The translations under genes and the position numbers were made by a program. A DNA stretch of 64,000 nucleotides from Paraspadella gotoi (taxonomy: Eukaryota > Animalia > Chaetognatha): NCBI GenBank assembly GCA_051294375.1, contig CM119268.1, positions 2,338,232-2,402,231 on the forward strand. The letters run 5' to 3'. Shown one piece after another: positions 21,586 through 34,954 of this stretch. The notes below the pieces were generated by a model. It had not been told where the DNA came from. It was given only the letters and a program-made list of their open reading frames with translations, and did not search any database. Each line of letters starts with the position of its first letter. Within the stretch, counting starts at the first letter, position 1.

Positions 21586-22186
21586 AGCGGTGGTGTTGGT
21601 GGTGGCGGCGGCGGTGTTGTGGCGGCGGTGGATTGCCTGCAGCTTCGTCGGGCGGAGCCGACATCTCGTGAGCGGAAAACGAAAAGGGAAACGTTCGTCC
21701 TGCATCTTGGATTTTAGATTTGGATTCGGTGGGGGAGAGAGAGAGGAAGAGGGAGAGAGAGAGGGAGAGGAGAGGGGGGAGAAAAAATTTTGTTTTGAGC
21801 GTCGATCAAAAAATATTGGTGATATTAAATTTATAAGGAAAAATATAATTTTGGCATATTATTATTATACTATGTTTATGTGCCTTTTACTAAGAATTTT
21901 GTGAATTAGAATTATTGACGGATGATGATAATAATTTCATAAGAGAAGATTCAGAGAATGATCACAAAGACAATTTTTTTTACAGATGCCCATTAAGTTA
22001 CTTCAGGAAACTGATAAACGCTACAACTTTAGTATTCTATGATTTAGCATATGATACATAGTACATTCTACTGCTTAAAATATTTTTCAGCTGACTGCAG
22101 CTCATAAGCAATGCTAATGTAAATTGGCTCTGTCAACAGCTGCATGTCTGTATACATGTAACAATCTTCAATTAAATCTTTCAAAT

Positions 22187-22463
22187 CCGGAAGGACAAAA
22201 GTGAAATTCTGTCAGGAAAGGCTGTGCCATCACTATCACTATCACTATCACTATCACACACTATCATCCGAAGGACAAAAGTGAAATTCTGTCAGGAAAG
22301 GCCTGTGACCATCACTATCACTATCACTATCACTATCACTATCACATCACTATCCATCCGAAAGACAAAAGTAAAATTCTGTCAGGAAAGGCCTGTGACC
22401 ATCACTATCACTATCACTATCACCATCACTATCATCCGGAAGGACAAAGTGAAATTCTGTCAG
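22187..22463 (+). repeat. Composite tandem repeat: about 42-bp unit (ccggaaggacaaaagtgaaattctgtcaggaaaggcctgtgacc) separated by (ATCACT)n, 4 copies running into a gap
   Basis: Units begin near 22187, 22268, 22357 and 22436. Confidence 0.9.
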
Positions 22464-22825
22464 NNNNNNNNNNNNNNNNNNNNNNNNNNNNNNNNNNNNN
22501 NNNNNNNNNNNNNNNNNNNNNNNNNNNNNNNNNNNNNNNNNNNNNNNNNNNNNNNNNNNNNNNCGCGCTCCGACCTCAAAGGAGTTTGGGGATTGGATAT
22601 GATTGCTCGCTCCATTAGTGTCACGCGGCGCCGACAGAGAACCGACGCCGCCGACGCCCGACGGATCCTCCCGGCGCCAATTTCCGCGCCGTCGATCTCT
22701 ACTCCACTCTTTTTTTTCTCACTGATTTTTTTTGAAATTTGAATCCGAGGAGAGAAAAGACAAAATGGCGACGATTCGGAGATTTTTTTAATTGTTTTGG
22801 GCGAGGGAGAGAAAAGGTTGAGAAT

Positions 22826-22872
<47 letters not shown>

Positions 22873-22963
22873 AGAGAAGAGAAAAAAATTAATGAATAAA
22901 TGAATGGATGAATAAATGAATGAATGAATGAATGAATGAATGAATGAATGAATAAATGAATGA

Positions 22964-23031
<68 letters not shown>

Positions 23032-24053
23032 AAAAAAGAGAGAGCGAGCGATGAAAATAGCAACTAGCGAGAGAGAGCGAGCTTTAAACAAATATCCCAA
23101 GACCACGAAAGAGAAGAAGAGAAAACTTGAGGAAAGGAAAAAAGAAAAAGAAAAAAAATGATTGGGAGGAAAATTTTAGGTAGAATTGAAAGTATGATGT
23201 ATGGGAGAAGAGAGAGAGAGAAAGAGAAAGAGAGAGAGAGGGAGAGAGAGGGAGATTCTAACTCGGGCGAAACGATTTGCATAAAGAGGGAAAGTGGCGA
23301 CTAAGACAAAGACAACAACGACAACGACTTTGACGTAGACGACCAACAACAACAACAATTTAAAGCGCCGCGACAGCAGAAACNNNNNNNNNNNNNNNNN
23401 NNNNNNNNNNNNNNNNNNNNNNNNNNNNNNNNNNNNNNNNNNNNNNNNNNNNNNNNNNNNNNNNNNNNNNNNNNNNNNNNNNNNNNNNNNNNNNNNNNNN
23501 NNNNNNNNNNNNNNNNNNNNNNNNNNNNNNNNNNNNNNNNNNNNNNNNNNNNNNNNNNNNNNNNNNNNNNNNNNNNNNNNNNNNNNNNNNNNNNNNNNNN
23601 NNNNNNNNNNNNNNNNNNNNNNNNNNNNNNNNNNNNNNNNNNNNNNNNNNNNNNNNNNNNNNNNNNNAAATAAGTTCAGTGAATCAAAGTCCGACTTTTC
23701 TTTTTTTATTTCTTTCTTTTTTTAATAATTCTCTCTACTCTACTTTTTTTAACATCTTTCTTTCTTTCTTTGTCTCTTTTGTTTTGTTTTTTTTTTCTCT
23801 TTCTTTCCTTCTCTCTTTCTTTATTTTTTCTTTTCTTCTCTCTTTCTTTCTTTCCTTCTTTCTTTCTATCTTTCTCTCTTTCTTTCTCTCTTTCTCGTTT
23901 TCTTTCTTTCTTTCTTTCTTNNNNNNNNNNNNNNNNNNNNNNNNNNNNNNNNNNNNNNNNNNNNNNNNNNNNNNNNNNNNNNNNNNNNNNNNNNNNNNNN
24001 NNNNNNNNNNNNNNNNNNNNNNNNNNNNNNNNNNNNNNNNNNNNNNNNNNNNN

Positions 24054-24237
24054 CTTCTCAACTCGTCGTCTTCTTTTTTCCTCTTTGACGTCTTCTTTCT
24101 CTTTGTCGTCTTCTTCTTTGTCGTCTTTCTCTTTGTCGTCTTCCTCTTTGTCGTCGTCAACTTTCTCTTCATCTTTGTCGTCATGGTCACCGATATTCTT
24201 CTCTTCATGTCTTTGTCCTCACAAACGATGACGTCGC

Positions 24238-24321
<84 letters not shown>

Positions 24322-24324
24322 AAT
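24054..24324 (-). other. Candidate Asp/Glu/Lys-rich exon (poly-Asp, then DDKEEDDKEK repeats), frameshifted in the assembly
   Basis: Acceptor-like ttgtttttag|ATTT, (GAC)n tract, then 15-nt gacgacaaagag(g/a)aa units; runs into an N gap. Confidence 0.35.
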
Positions 24325-25440
24325 CTAAAAACAAAAAAACAACTTTGTGATCCATCGATCCATCCACCTATCAATTCAAACCTCAACAAATAAGGCAACG
24401 ACAACAACGACGCCGACAACAACGACAACAACGACAACAACGACGACGACAACAACAACGACCTCGCCTTTCGTCAGACTTCGTTTTTTTCTCGGCGCTA
24501 AAATAATCTGGAAACGGGAGCGCTCAGCGCCAGTGACGGGGAGGAAAGAAGGGCGCCGTCCGTACTGTNNNNNNNNNNATGTCGATAAGGGAAACTCCGA
24601 TTTAACCTTCAGCTTCGAATCACGAATTTCATCTTTTTTAGTTTTATTTAGTTTTGTTTTTATTAATTTTTTTATTTTTAGTTCAACTTCATTTCCTCTA
24701 CCCCCCACAAAATTTTTTCCCCCTTTTGTTTAATTTAATTTGTCTTTCAATCTAAATAAAATTGATGTCATTCAATCTACAAATTTTCAAGCGAAATAAA
24801 GTTAAGAAACAAGTAAATCAACTTTTACAGACAAAATTATAATTTTGCTTGTTTATTAAAACCGGAGCCGAAAACTAAATCTCGGAAGAAGTTATAAGCG
24901 GCTCTTTCTGTACTCTCATTTATTTTCTCTCCTTTTCTCTTTCGAGTTATAACCGATTCTTCCTCTACCCATTCCTTTTCTTTTTTGAGTTTTAACCGGG
25001 TCTTCCTCTTCTCTTTCCTTTTCTCTTTCGAGTTATAACCAGGTCTTCCTCTACTCTCTCCTTATTCCTCCTTTTTTCTTTCTCGTTATAATCGGTTCTT
25101 CCTTTACTCTTTCCTTTTTCCTCCTTTTTCGATTCTCGGATTTTTTCGTCCTTCTCGCCCCGAGGCGACCCTGACTGTCGGGCGTTCCCTTAGCCCGACG
25201 TCGTCTATTTCAGCCCGACATCCCACGAAATTCTCTCCTTTTTAGCCCGACATTCCAATCTTTAAAAGCCGCCATGGGTTCATTGGGTCCTTTGCCCGTT
25301 ATCTATACCCACCGATCTTGCCCGATCTTTTGGACATCCTTTGCCCGTCTTGATCATCGTCATCATTGTCAGTCTTGTTGTTATCGTTGTCATGTTCTTC
25401 GTCGTCATCATCGTCGTCGTCGCCAGTGGATCAGCATCGT

Positions 25441-27605
25441 CGTCTTCGTCTTTGGCCTCACCCACATTGGCCTTTCGTTTTGTCTTCGTCTTTGGCCTCA
25501 CCCGCATTGGCCTTTCTTNNNNNNNNNNNNNNNNNNNNNNNNNGCATTGCCTCTCGTCTTTCGTCTTCGTCTTTGCCGCACCCGCATGTGGCCTTTCGTC
25601 TTCGTCTCGTTTGGGCTCGACCCACATTGGCCTTTCGTTGTCTTTCGTCTTTGGCCTCACCCCGCAAATTGGCCTCTTTCGTCTTGCTTCGTCTTCGTCT
25701 TTGCTGCACCCAGCATTGGCATTTTCTTTTCGTCTTCGGTGTCTTTGGCCCTCACCCGCCAATTGGCCTCTTCGTCTTGTCTTCGTCTTTGGCCTCCCCA
25801 GCATTTGGCTTTTCGCTTTGTCTTCGTCTTTGGCCTCACCCGCATGGCTTCTTTCGTCTTCGTCTTCGGTCTTTGGCTCAACCCACATTGGCCATTTGTT
25901 CTTCGTACTTCGTCTTTGGCCTCACCCGGCAATGCTTCTCGTTTGTCACGTCTCCGTCCAACACATTTGCTCGTGTCTTCGTTCTTTCGCCTTCAACCCG
26001 CATTGGCTTCTCGTCTTCGTCTTCGTTCTCTTTGGCCTCACCCGACATTGGTCCTTTCGTCGTTTTGGTCTTCGTTCTTTGCCCTCACCCGAATTGGCTT
26101 TCTTCATCTGCTTCGGTGCTTCGTCTTGTGCCGCCATCACGCCGCCATTGGTCCTTCTTTCGTCTTCTGTCTTCGGTCTTTGGTGCCTCACCCGCATTGG
26201 CCTTTCGTCTTCGTCTTCGTCTTCGCTCAGTTTGGCTTCGCTCTGGCTTCTCTTTGGCAACCGCTGTTTTCTTCGTTCTTCGTCTTTTGGGCCTCACCCG
26301 CATTGGCCTTCGTTCGTCTCGTTCTTGCCTCACCGCATTGGCCTTTCTTTTCGTTCTTGTCTGGCGTTCTTCGTTCTTTTGGCCCTCCACCCGCATTGGC
26401 CTTTTCTTTCTCTTCATCTTTTGGGCCTCACCCGCATTGGCTTTCTTTCGTCTTCGTCTTCGTCTTTGGGCCTCACCCGCATTGCCTCTCGGTCTTCGGT
26501 CTCGTCTTTGGCCTCACCCGCATTGGCCTTTCGTCTCTGTCTTCGTCTTTGGCCTCACCCCATTGGCCTTTCGTTTTCGTCTTTTCGTCTTTTGGCTACC
26601 CCCGCATTGGCCTTTCTTCATCTTGTCTTCGTCTTCGTATTTGGCCTCACCCGCATTTGGCCTTCTCTCGTCTTCGTTCTTTGGCCTCACCCGATTGCCT
26701 TTTGTTTTGTCTTCGCTTTGGCCTCACGCATTGAGCCTTTCGTCTACGTCTTCGTCTTTGCTCACCCGCATTGGCCTTCTTTATCCTTTGTCTTACGTCT
26801 TCGTCTTGCCCCACCCGCATTGCTTTTCGTCTTCGTCTTCGTTTGGCGCTCACCCGCATGGCCTCGTTTTGGGTCTTCGTCTTTGCCTCACCCATGCCTT
26901 TCTTTCGTCTTTGCTTCGTCGTTCGCTTTGCCTCCACCCGCATTGGCCTTTCGTCTGCGTCTTCATCATGTGCCTCACCCGCATTGCCTTTCAGTCTCGT
27001 CTTCGGTATTTTCGTCTCGTCTCGTCTTGGCCTCACCGCTTGGCCTCTCGTCTTCGTTTCGGCTGGCTCACCCACCTTGGCCTTTCGTTTGTCTCGTCTT
27101 CTTGCATTGGCCTTCTTCATCTTTGTCTTCGTCTTCGTCTTGGCGCTTCAGCCCGCATTGCCTTTTCTTTTCGTCTTCTGTCTGTCTTTGGCCCACACCC
27201 GTCATTGGTCTCTCCTTTGTCCGTACTATCTTCGTCTTTTGGCCTCACCCGCATTGGCCTTTCGTCTAACGTCTTCGTCTTTTTTTTGGGTTTTTCCCAC
27301 CGTCATTGGCCTTTCTTCGTCTTCGTCTTTCGTCTTGCCTCACCCGCATTGGCCTTTCGTTCTACATCTTCGTCTTTGCCTCACCCGCATGGCCTTTACA
27401 TCTACGTTTCGTCTTTGCGTCCCATTTGGCCTCTTCGTCTTCGTCTTCGTCTTTGGCCTCACCCGCATTGGCTTTCGTCTACATCTCGTCTTTTGCTTTC
27501 TCACTCCTCATTTGTGCCTTTTCTCTAACATTCTTCGTCATTTGCCTCACCCGCATTGGCCTCTTCGTCTACGTCTTCGTCTTGTGCTCACCCGCATGGC
27601 CTTTC
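25441..27605 (-). repeat. 36/42-bp minisatellite, roughly 50-60 copies; consensus reads KANAGEAKDEDE on the minus strand
   Basis: Unit tcgtcttcgtctttggcctcacccgcattggccttt with +6 bp variants and many scattered single-base indels. Confidence 0.9.
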
Positions 27606-27684
27606 GCGACCTCGGCTCTTCCCACTCATGACGTCATTAGACGACACGATGACGCGAGATAGAATGGATGACCGTACGGACTCG

Positions 27685-27885
27685 AGCGATTACCACGACC
27701 GACCCGACCGACCGCACCGATCCTGATCCATCGCGATCCGACTTGATCCGACCGACGACCGACCGAACTGACGACCGACCGACCGATATTAACCGACCGA
27801 CAGACGAGACGACGAGCCGAACGGATCCGACGACCGATCGACACGAATTACCGGATTCCACCGACGAGCCACCGATCCGCCGACC
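27685..27885. repeat. Degenerate (CCGA)n microsatellite; paralogous copy at 31300-31575
   Basis: Direct reading. Confidence 0.85.
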
Positions 27886-28545
27886 ATAATTCATCCAAAT
27901 CCCCCCGTAGATTAAACTTCCCCACACCTCGACACCACGATTCCTAAACTTCCTAAATCTCAACCCAATTTTTTTTCTTTCTTCAAGTCCTTTTCCTTTT
28001 TTTTTCTGGTTCAATTCTCCGCAGGTCATGTAGCGTTGGGGTTCAGAACGGGTTGGGGTCTTTTCGAATCCAGACCCGAATCCGTCACGGACTGGCAAAT
28101 CTGACTGGCCAAAAACATCGTGCGGTCGAAAGCCTTGCCTACGAGAGACGAATCTAAAAATAGACTGGGTGTGACATAACTAGATTACAAAAGCGAGTTG
28201 GACTTGCGTATATGTCGTCTCGAGTAACATCTGGCTTGGCATCGTGCTCTGGCATCCTGACTACACATGAAACTTCGGTTAAAACAGGCGGACAGACAGC
28301 CTCTACTGTATTCTAAACCAGCCAAACGTTTGGCCAACCGTGTGGCGAACCTTCCCATAATTATTCGCTTCTTTTTAGTTATGCTAACGCTGTAACTCGT
28401 TCTCTCTCCATTTAAAAAATTTAGACTTTCTTTATTTAGTCTCAGCGAAGGAAAATAAAAATCTAATAAAAATGGCGGGAAGAAAAAAAATTTTTGAAAA
28501 AATCTTTATATTATATATATAGTAATAGAATAGACATGTCCGTAA
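27886..28545 (+). repeat. About 0.65-kb segment present in three copies (also 32221-32885 and, 5'-truncated, 33055-33570)
   Basis: Shared text such as catccaaatccccccgtagattaaac, cagaacgggttggggtc, ggccaaccgtgtggcgacc and gacatgtccgt. Copies 2 and 3 share a further 160 bp or so (to 33050 and 33738). Confidence 0.9.
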
Positions 28546-29577
28546 GTAGGTGATTTGGCACGACTAGTCCCGTCTGGGTCACATGCAAATCACGAATCGA
28601 CCTGTCAACGCGCGCCGAATAAATGATTGCCCGCCGTTCCATCCTCCGCGCGTAACAGAACATTTCAGGTTACGAAGAAGAAGAGAGAGAGACCCCGAGA
28701 ACGTTAAGAAAGAGAGAAGAAGAAATATACCACGTTCTGTTCCATACGGCGCGAACATACATCTAGAACCACTATTATTCCTTATTTTTTACGGGCTAAC
28801 TCGCGGCGCCCGCATATTCTCTTTCAAAAAACTCGTCAGAGCTTCGTTGCAGCTACATACCCAGAGGCAATGTACCTATGTCACTCTGATTGACGCGTCG
28901 ACCATAAAAAATTTCGTGAATATGCGGGTTCCCCGGCGTATCTTATTCAACCAGTTAACTAACACCAATTAGAATTATTCATTGGCAATATTTTTTTATT
29001 GTTCAAAACATAGGTTTCTACATCTATCAAAGAACAGGCTAACTACGACATTGTTAGGAACAGTAGGAAATAATCGAAACTAACCTAACGCAGTTTATTT
29101 TTGCATCCAACATCAATAATACAATGACAGAGACAAATAATCAATTATGGTTACAACTACGAGTAGATCTCCGTTCTCGTGCCAGGATGGCTGAGAGTTG
29201 AAACACCAAAATTCCACCAAGTTCATCAGTAGTGCGATAATCTTTTAAAGTAACAAACAAACATATTCTTAAATCTAAATTTTCAATTTTAAAATATAAC
29301 TATTATTACTTACGCGATCGCACCGGTCGCACTTGTTTCAAAATAATTGTTTTGATAACCATTTCGAATTTTTCGAATTTTAGTTTTTCTTTTTACAAAT
29401 TTCAATCTTTTCAAACGGGAAAGTGTTTCGAAACCGTGCAAACAAAAAGATTTAAATTTATTACTGCAGACAACAGAGGTAGAGAGGAGAGAGAGAGAGA
29501 GGAGAAGAAGACCGACAGCGAGAACCCGAGAGAGAGAAGAGAATGAGAAAGAGAGGATGAGAGAGAGAGATAAGAGA

Positions 29578-30308
<731 letters not shown>

Positions 30309-30882
30309 AGAGACTAGTTCAACCCTTGTACATGGGGAAAAGCGACGGTTAGATAACGATCCCTCATTCCGCCCCCGAGTCATGTCCCCAACTAGCTAGA
30401 TCCTCCTCGCTCTCCAGCCACCCCTTTCTAGACCCCGCATAAGTGTTTTCTCCTCATCGGCGAGGACAAACTATGCGCTTGATTGAACGAAAGACCTCGG
30501 CAGCGTATTTATGACGGCCCGCAAAGCATGAACCGATGATTAGCGGTAATCCAATGTAGGAGAATCACGTCTGTCGCGGGCAACCGTGCACGTACTTCTA
30601 CCGGAGATTCTCGCTTCCGATTTGACCTCTTCCTCTCCGTCCGCGCAGAGCGTTTCATCTCGAGACACTTCGCCTCGAGGCCGAGGAGTCGGAATTCTCC
30701 CGGCGGACGCCCACGGCCTTATCCGTCAACCGCGTTAAAAACAAACTAAGACCACTAGGCAGTGGCGTAGGCCCCGACATAGGTCCGCCTTAAGCGAACG
30801 GAGGAATATATCCATGCTGTAAAAACAAATTAAACTAATCAATTTCGAAACTAAAGAGAAAAATTGCTATTAGATCGATTAC

Positions 30883-31290
30883 CTCGTCATCATCGAGTTC
30901 GTCCCGCCCCCGTTTTGGACTCGCATCTGCTCCCGCACGCCTGAAAAATTTTTTTCGGATTATAACGATCGCCTAAGACGCAAGACCCGCATATCTTTTT
31001 ACCTCGGTTCCATTGGTAGACGCATGCTCCGTGCGTTCGATTCAGTCTCATCACCGAGAGAATCACCGACATCGTCGTCGCTCGTCGCCGTCGCCGAAAC
31101 AGGATTCGTACGACCGCGAGATGACACGGCGGCCGTCATCGTCCGTCGTCGGCGGCACGCATCGGTCGTCGTCGCCTAGGCATTGGTACTCTCTCTTCGT
31201 CTTCGTCTTTGGCCTCACCCGCATTGGCCTTTCGCGACTCGCTCTTCCCACTCATGACGTCATTGGACGACACGTGACCGGAAGAATAGA
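30883..31290 (-). other. Candidate small exons of a paralogue of the KANAGEAKDEDE-repeat locus
   Basis: 31195-31290 matches 27585-27670 with one repeat unit (SSNDVMSGKSESRKANAGEAKDEDE). Donor-like GAG|GTAAAA near 31002; a 58-nt AG/GT-bounded exon 30940-30883 can read RAGADASPKRGRDELDDDE. Confidence 0.35.
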
Positions 31291-32020
31291 ATTCGGATTG
31301 ACGAACCGACCGACCGACCGAGGCCGACCGACCGACCGACCCGACCGACCGACCGACCGACCGAACCCGACCGACCGACGACCGACGACCGACCGACACC
31401 GGAACACGACACGACCGACCCGACCGACCGACGACGACGACACGACCAGAGCACCGACAGACAGGACCAGTGGACAAGATCGACAACCGCCGACCACCGA
31501 CTGACAGACCGACCACCGAACAACCGACCGACCGACCGACCGACCGACAGAACAGAACAGACAGACAGAACAGAACCGATTTATTTCAATCCTGCGGATT
31601 TCACATCACCTCAAATACTTTAATCTCTCAACTACTTTACCCACACAAATCTTTTTTAAAGTGTCCTGTTTCTCGGTCGAGCTCATGTTGCTCCACTTAT
31701 ATCCCAAAAAAGGGTCGGTTCGGCAAAAAAAAAAAAACAAGACAACAAAAAAAAAACACCAATTCTAAAAATGGGGTGAAGTAAAAGCAAAATGTATGTA
31801 CAACCTAACTTAAATACACATTAAATACACAGTATGATATAATAATGTTACATCTACTTAAGATTTTAACATGTAGCTGGTATTGAATTGCATTCATAGC
31901 ACTTTTTTTTTATTCGGGATTTTTTTCCTTCATTCGTGACCCGATGGCTCATTTAGTAAAGCGATCAAATCATCAGCACGAGCTAACGGGATCAATTGTA
32001 CTTCGGTATCAATCCCTAAG

Positions 32021-32093
32021 GGAAGCGTGAGGACGGCCGCGTTGGGGACCTGGAAAACCCTCAAGCCTGGTTCCAAGCCCAGGACCCGTTCCA
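32021..32093 (+). mobile_element. tRNA-like (SINE-head-like) module; related copies at 55485-55574 (+) and 59032-59113 (-)
   Basis: 73 nt with GGAA...TTCCA ends and a T-arm-like hairpin CCTGG-TTCCAAGC-CCAGG; D and anticodon arms pair poorly. Confidence 0.35.
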
Positions 32094-34886
32094 TTGCTGA
32101 CGAGGATGGAACGAAGCTACGGATAATAGTCTTCAGCCAATTATGAATAACCACATACATCTTTAATAGGCCCTTACAATTGAGCTCATTTAAATTCATT
32201 CTGAATTCTACTTAATTCTAATAATCATCCAAATCCCCCCGTAGATTAAACTTCCCCCACCCTCCGACACCCACGATTCCAACTCCTAAATCTCACCCAA
32301 TTTTTTTTTCTTCTTCAAGTCCTTTCCTTTTTTTTTTCTGGTTCCAAATTCTCCGCGAGTCGATGCCAATTAAGACGTTGGGGTCAGAACGGGTTGGGTC
32401 GTTTCGAATCCAGACCCGAATCCCGTCACGACTGGCAAATCTAGACTGGCAAAAAAACGACTGGCGGTTCGAGCCGTTCCTACGAGAGACGAATCTAAAA
32501 ATAGACTGGTGTGGACATAACTAGATTTACAAAGCGAGTTGGACTTGCGTATATGTCGTCTCGAGTAACATCTTGGCTGGCATCGTCTCTGGCATCCTGA
32601 CTGACAATGAAACTTGGTTAAAACAGGCGGACAGACAGCGCTCTACTGTATCTTAACCAGCCAAACGTTCTGGCCAACCGTGTGGCGACCTTCCCATAAT
32701 TATCCCTTTTTTTAGTTATGCTCACGTTAACTCGTTCTCTCTCCTATTTAAAAAGTTTAGACTTTTTTATTTTAGTCTCAGCGAAGGAAAAGTAAAAATC
32801 AAATAAAAAGGCGGGAAGAAAAAAAATTTTGAAAAAATCTTTAATATATATATATAAGTATATAGAATATGACATGTCCGTAAGTTCTTCAGTTGTTACG
32901 CAATACGCATGTCTCCCGACATGATGATCTCAGGTTTACTTTTTTTATGTCAGCAACAATTATCAAACAGTTTGCAACAGTTTCTATCGACTGTCACCAG
33001 CGTCAAAAGTTTTCTGCTTCGTTCGCGTATTATTTTTTTTAAAATCCCCTAAGAACTTGGGGTCAGAACGGGTTGGGGTCTTTTCGAATCACCAGACCCG
33101 AATCCCGTCACGACTGGCAATCTAGACTGGCAAAAAAAAACGACTGGCGGTTCGAGCCGTTCCTCAGAGAGACGAATCTAAAATTAGACTGGTTGAAACA
33201 TAATAGATTTACAAAGCGAGGTATGACTTCGAGTAATATGTTCGTCGTCGAGTAACATCTTGGCTGGCATCGTCCTCTGGCATCCTGACTGACAATGAAA
33301 CTTGGTTAAAACAGGCGGACAGACAGGCTCTACGTATCTTAACAGCCAAACGTTCTGGCCAACCGTGTGGCGACCTTCCATTAATTATCCCTTTTTTTAG
33401 TTATGTCAACGTTAACTCCGTTCTCTTCTCTATTTAAAAAGTTTAGACTTTTTTATTTTAGTCTCAGCGAAGGAAAAGTAAAAATCAAATAAAAAGGCGG
33501 GAAGAAAAAATTTTTGAAAAAAATCTTTAATTATATTATATTAGTATATAGAAATGACATGTCCGTTTAGTTCTTCCTTTTGTTACGCAATAGGCATGTC
33601 TCCCGACATGATGATCTCAGGTTTACTTTTTTTATGTCAAATGTTATCAAAGTCATCTGCAAAAGTCTGTAATCGATCGTCACCAGCGTCAAAAGTTTTC
33701 TGCTCGCTCTCGCGTATTATTCTTTTTTTAAATCCCCACCCCTCCCCCACCCAATTGTCCACTCCCCTACAACAGGCCACCCTCCCGCCACCCTACCGCC
33801 ACTCTCCCCCACANNNNNNNNNNNNNNNNNNNNNNNNNTCCCACCCTCCCCCACCCTCTCCACCCTACGCCACCCTCCCCACGCCTACCCCACTCTCCCC
33901 CCCCCCGCCAGTGCTCCGACCTTCCTTTAACCTCCGACGGTTTCCGCTACTATTTTGTTTGTCACGAAGAAAAACGTAAAAAAAAAGATACTTCCCTGGT
34001 CAGTGGATTATGGGTCATTTAATTGGTCGACTAATTGAATAATGGACAGTTTGGTTTAACCTATTGTGTTTGATTTAATGAGTGATAATATAAGTACCGT
34101 CTCGGTCTCCATCTACGTCTTGAAACTTCAAAATTTTTTCAAACATTTACTTTGGGGTAAAAAAATACAAATCTTGATCAAAACTACAAATCCGGTGTAG
34201 AGTGTAGACCCAATTCCCATACGTTTCCCATTCCGCAGGTAAATTTTTTTTCATAATCATTTCTCTCAAATTCGTCATGGGCCGAATTTTGACGCGTAAT
34301 TCCCGAAATCTCGTTAAAAGCCGTCCTCCGCCGTAAATCGAGCGAGATCGAACCTTCGAAGCGACGGCTTTTCTACGATTAACCTCTTTTAGCGAGGACA
34401 TTCGGATGTCGGTGAGGCGGCGGCGGCTGAGGCGGTATTGGCGGCGGTTGGCGGTGGCGGCCGGGCGGCGGCGGCGGCGGCGTGCTGCTGAGGCGTTTAC
34501 GGCGACGGCAAAGGGAAGGGAAACGATAGTGAGTGTTCAAAAGGGGACCAACCCCTTTGGGTAATCTGGCAATTGTTTAATTAGCTCAGTTAGCTGGCTA
34601 CCAAACTAACACACTCCGAAATAATTAGTAATAAACGCGTGGATGATCGACTTTTAGTTGGGCTTAAATAATAAATATTGACTATAAATATCCAGAATTA
34701 CCTAATTAAAATGTACTATAACCGAGGAACTGAAAATATTCGACCTCACTTATTATTCTCAGTTGATAATTGAATGATAAAACAAATGAGTCAGATGAAA
34801 CTTTTACGACCTTCAAATGTACTTCACTACCCGAAAGCGTTTTTGTCGAGAAATTCCGATCGGAAGCGGAACCATGTTCGCGAGAG

Positions 34887-34954
<68 letters not shown>

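Noticed and set aside
22187-22463. CRISPR-like repeat/spacer pattern
   Set aside because: Spacers are one hexamer microsatellite rather than unique sequences; eukaryotic context and no cas genes.
25274-27631. Plus-strand ORFs of 486-720 aa
   Set aside because: The 36-bp repeat has no stops on this strand; frames switch at random with indels.
34147-34401. 84-aa minus-strand ORF and its counterpart near 39197-39415
   Set aside because: Frames disagree between the duplicate copies and no family is recognisable.
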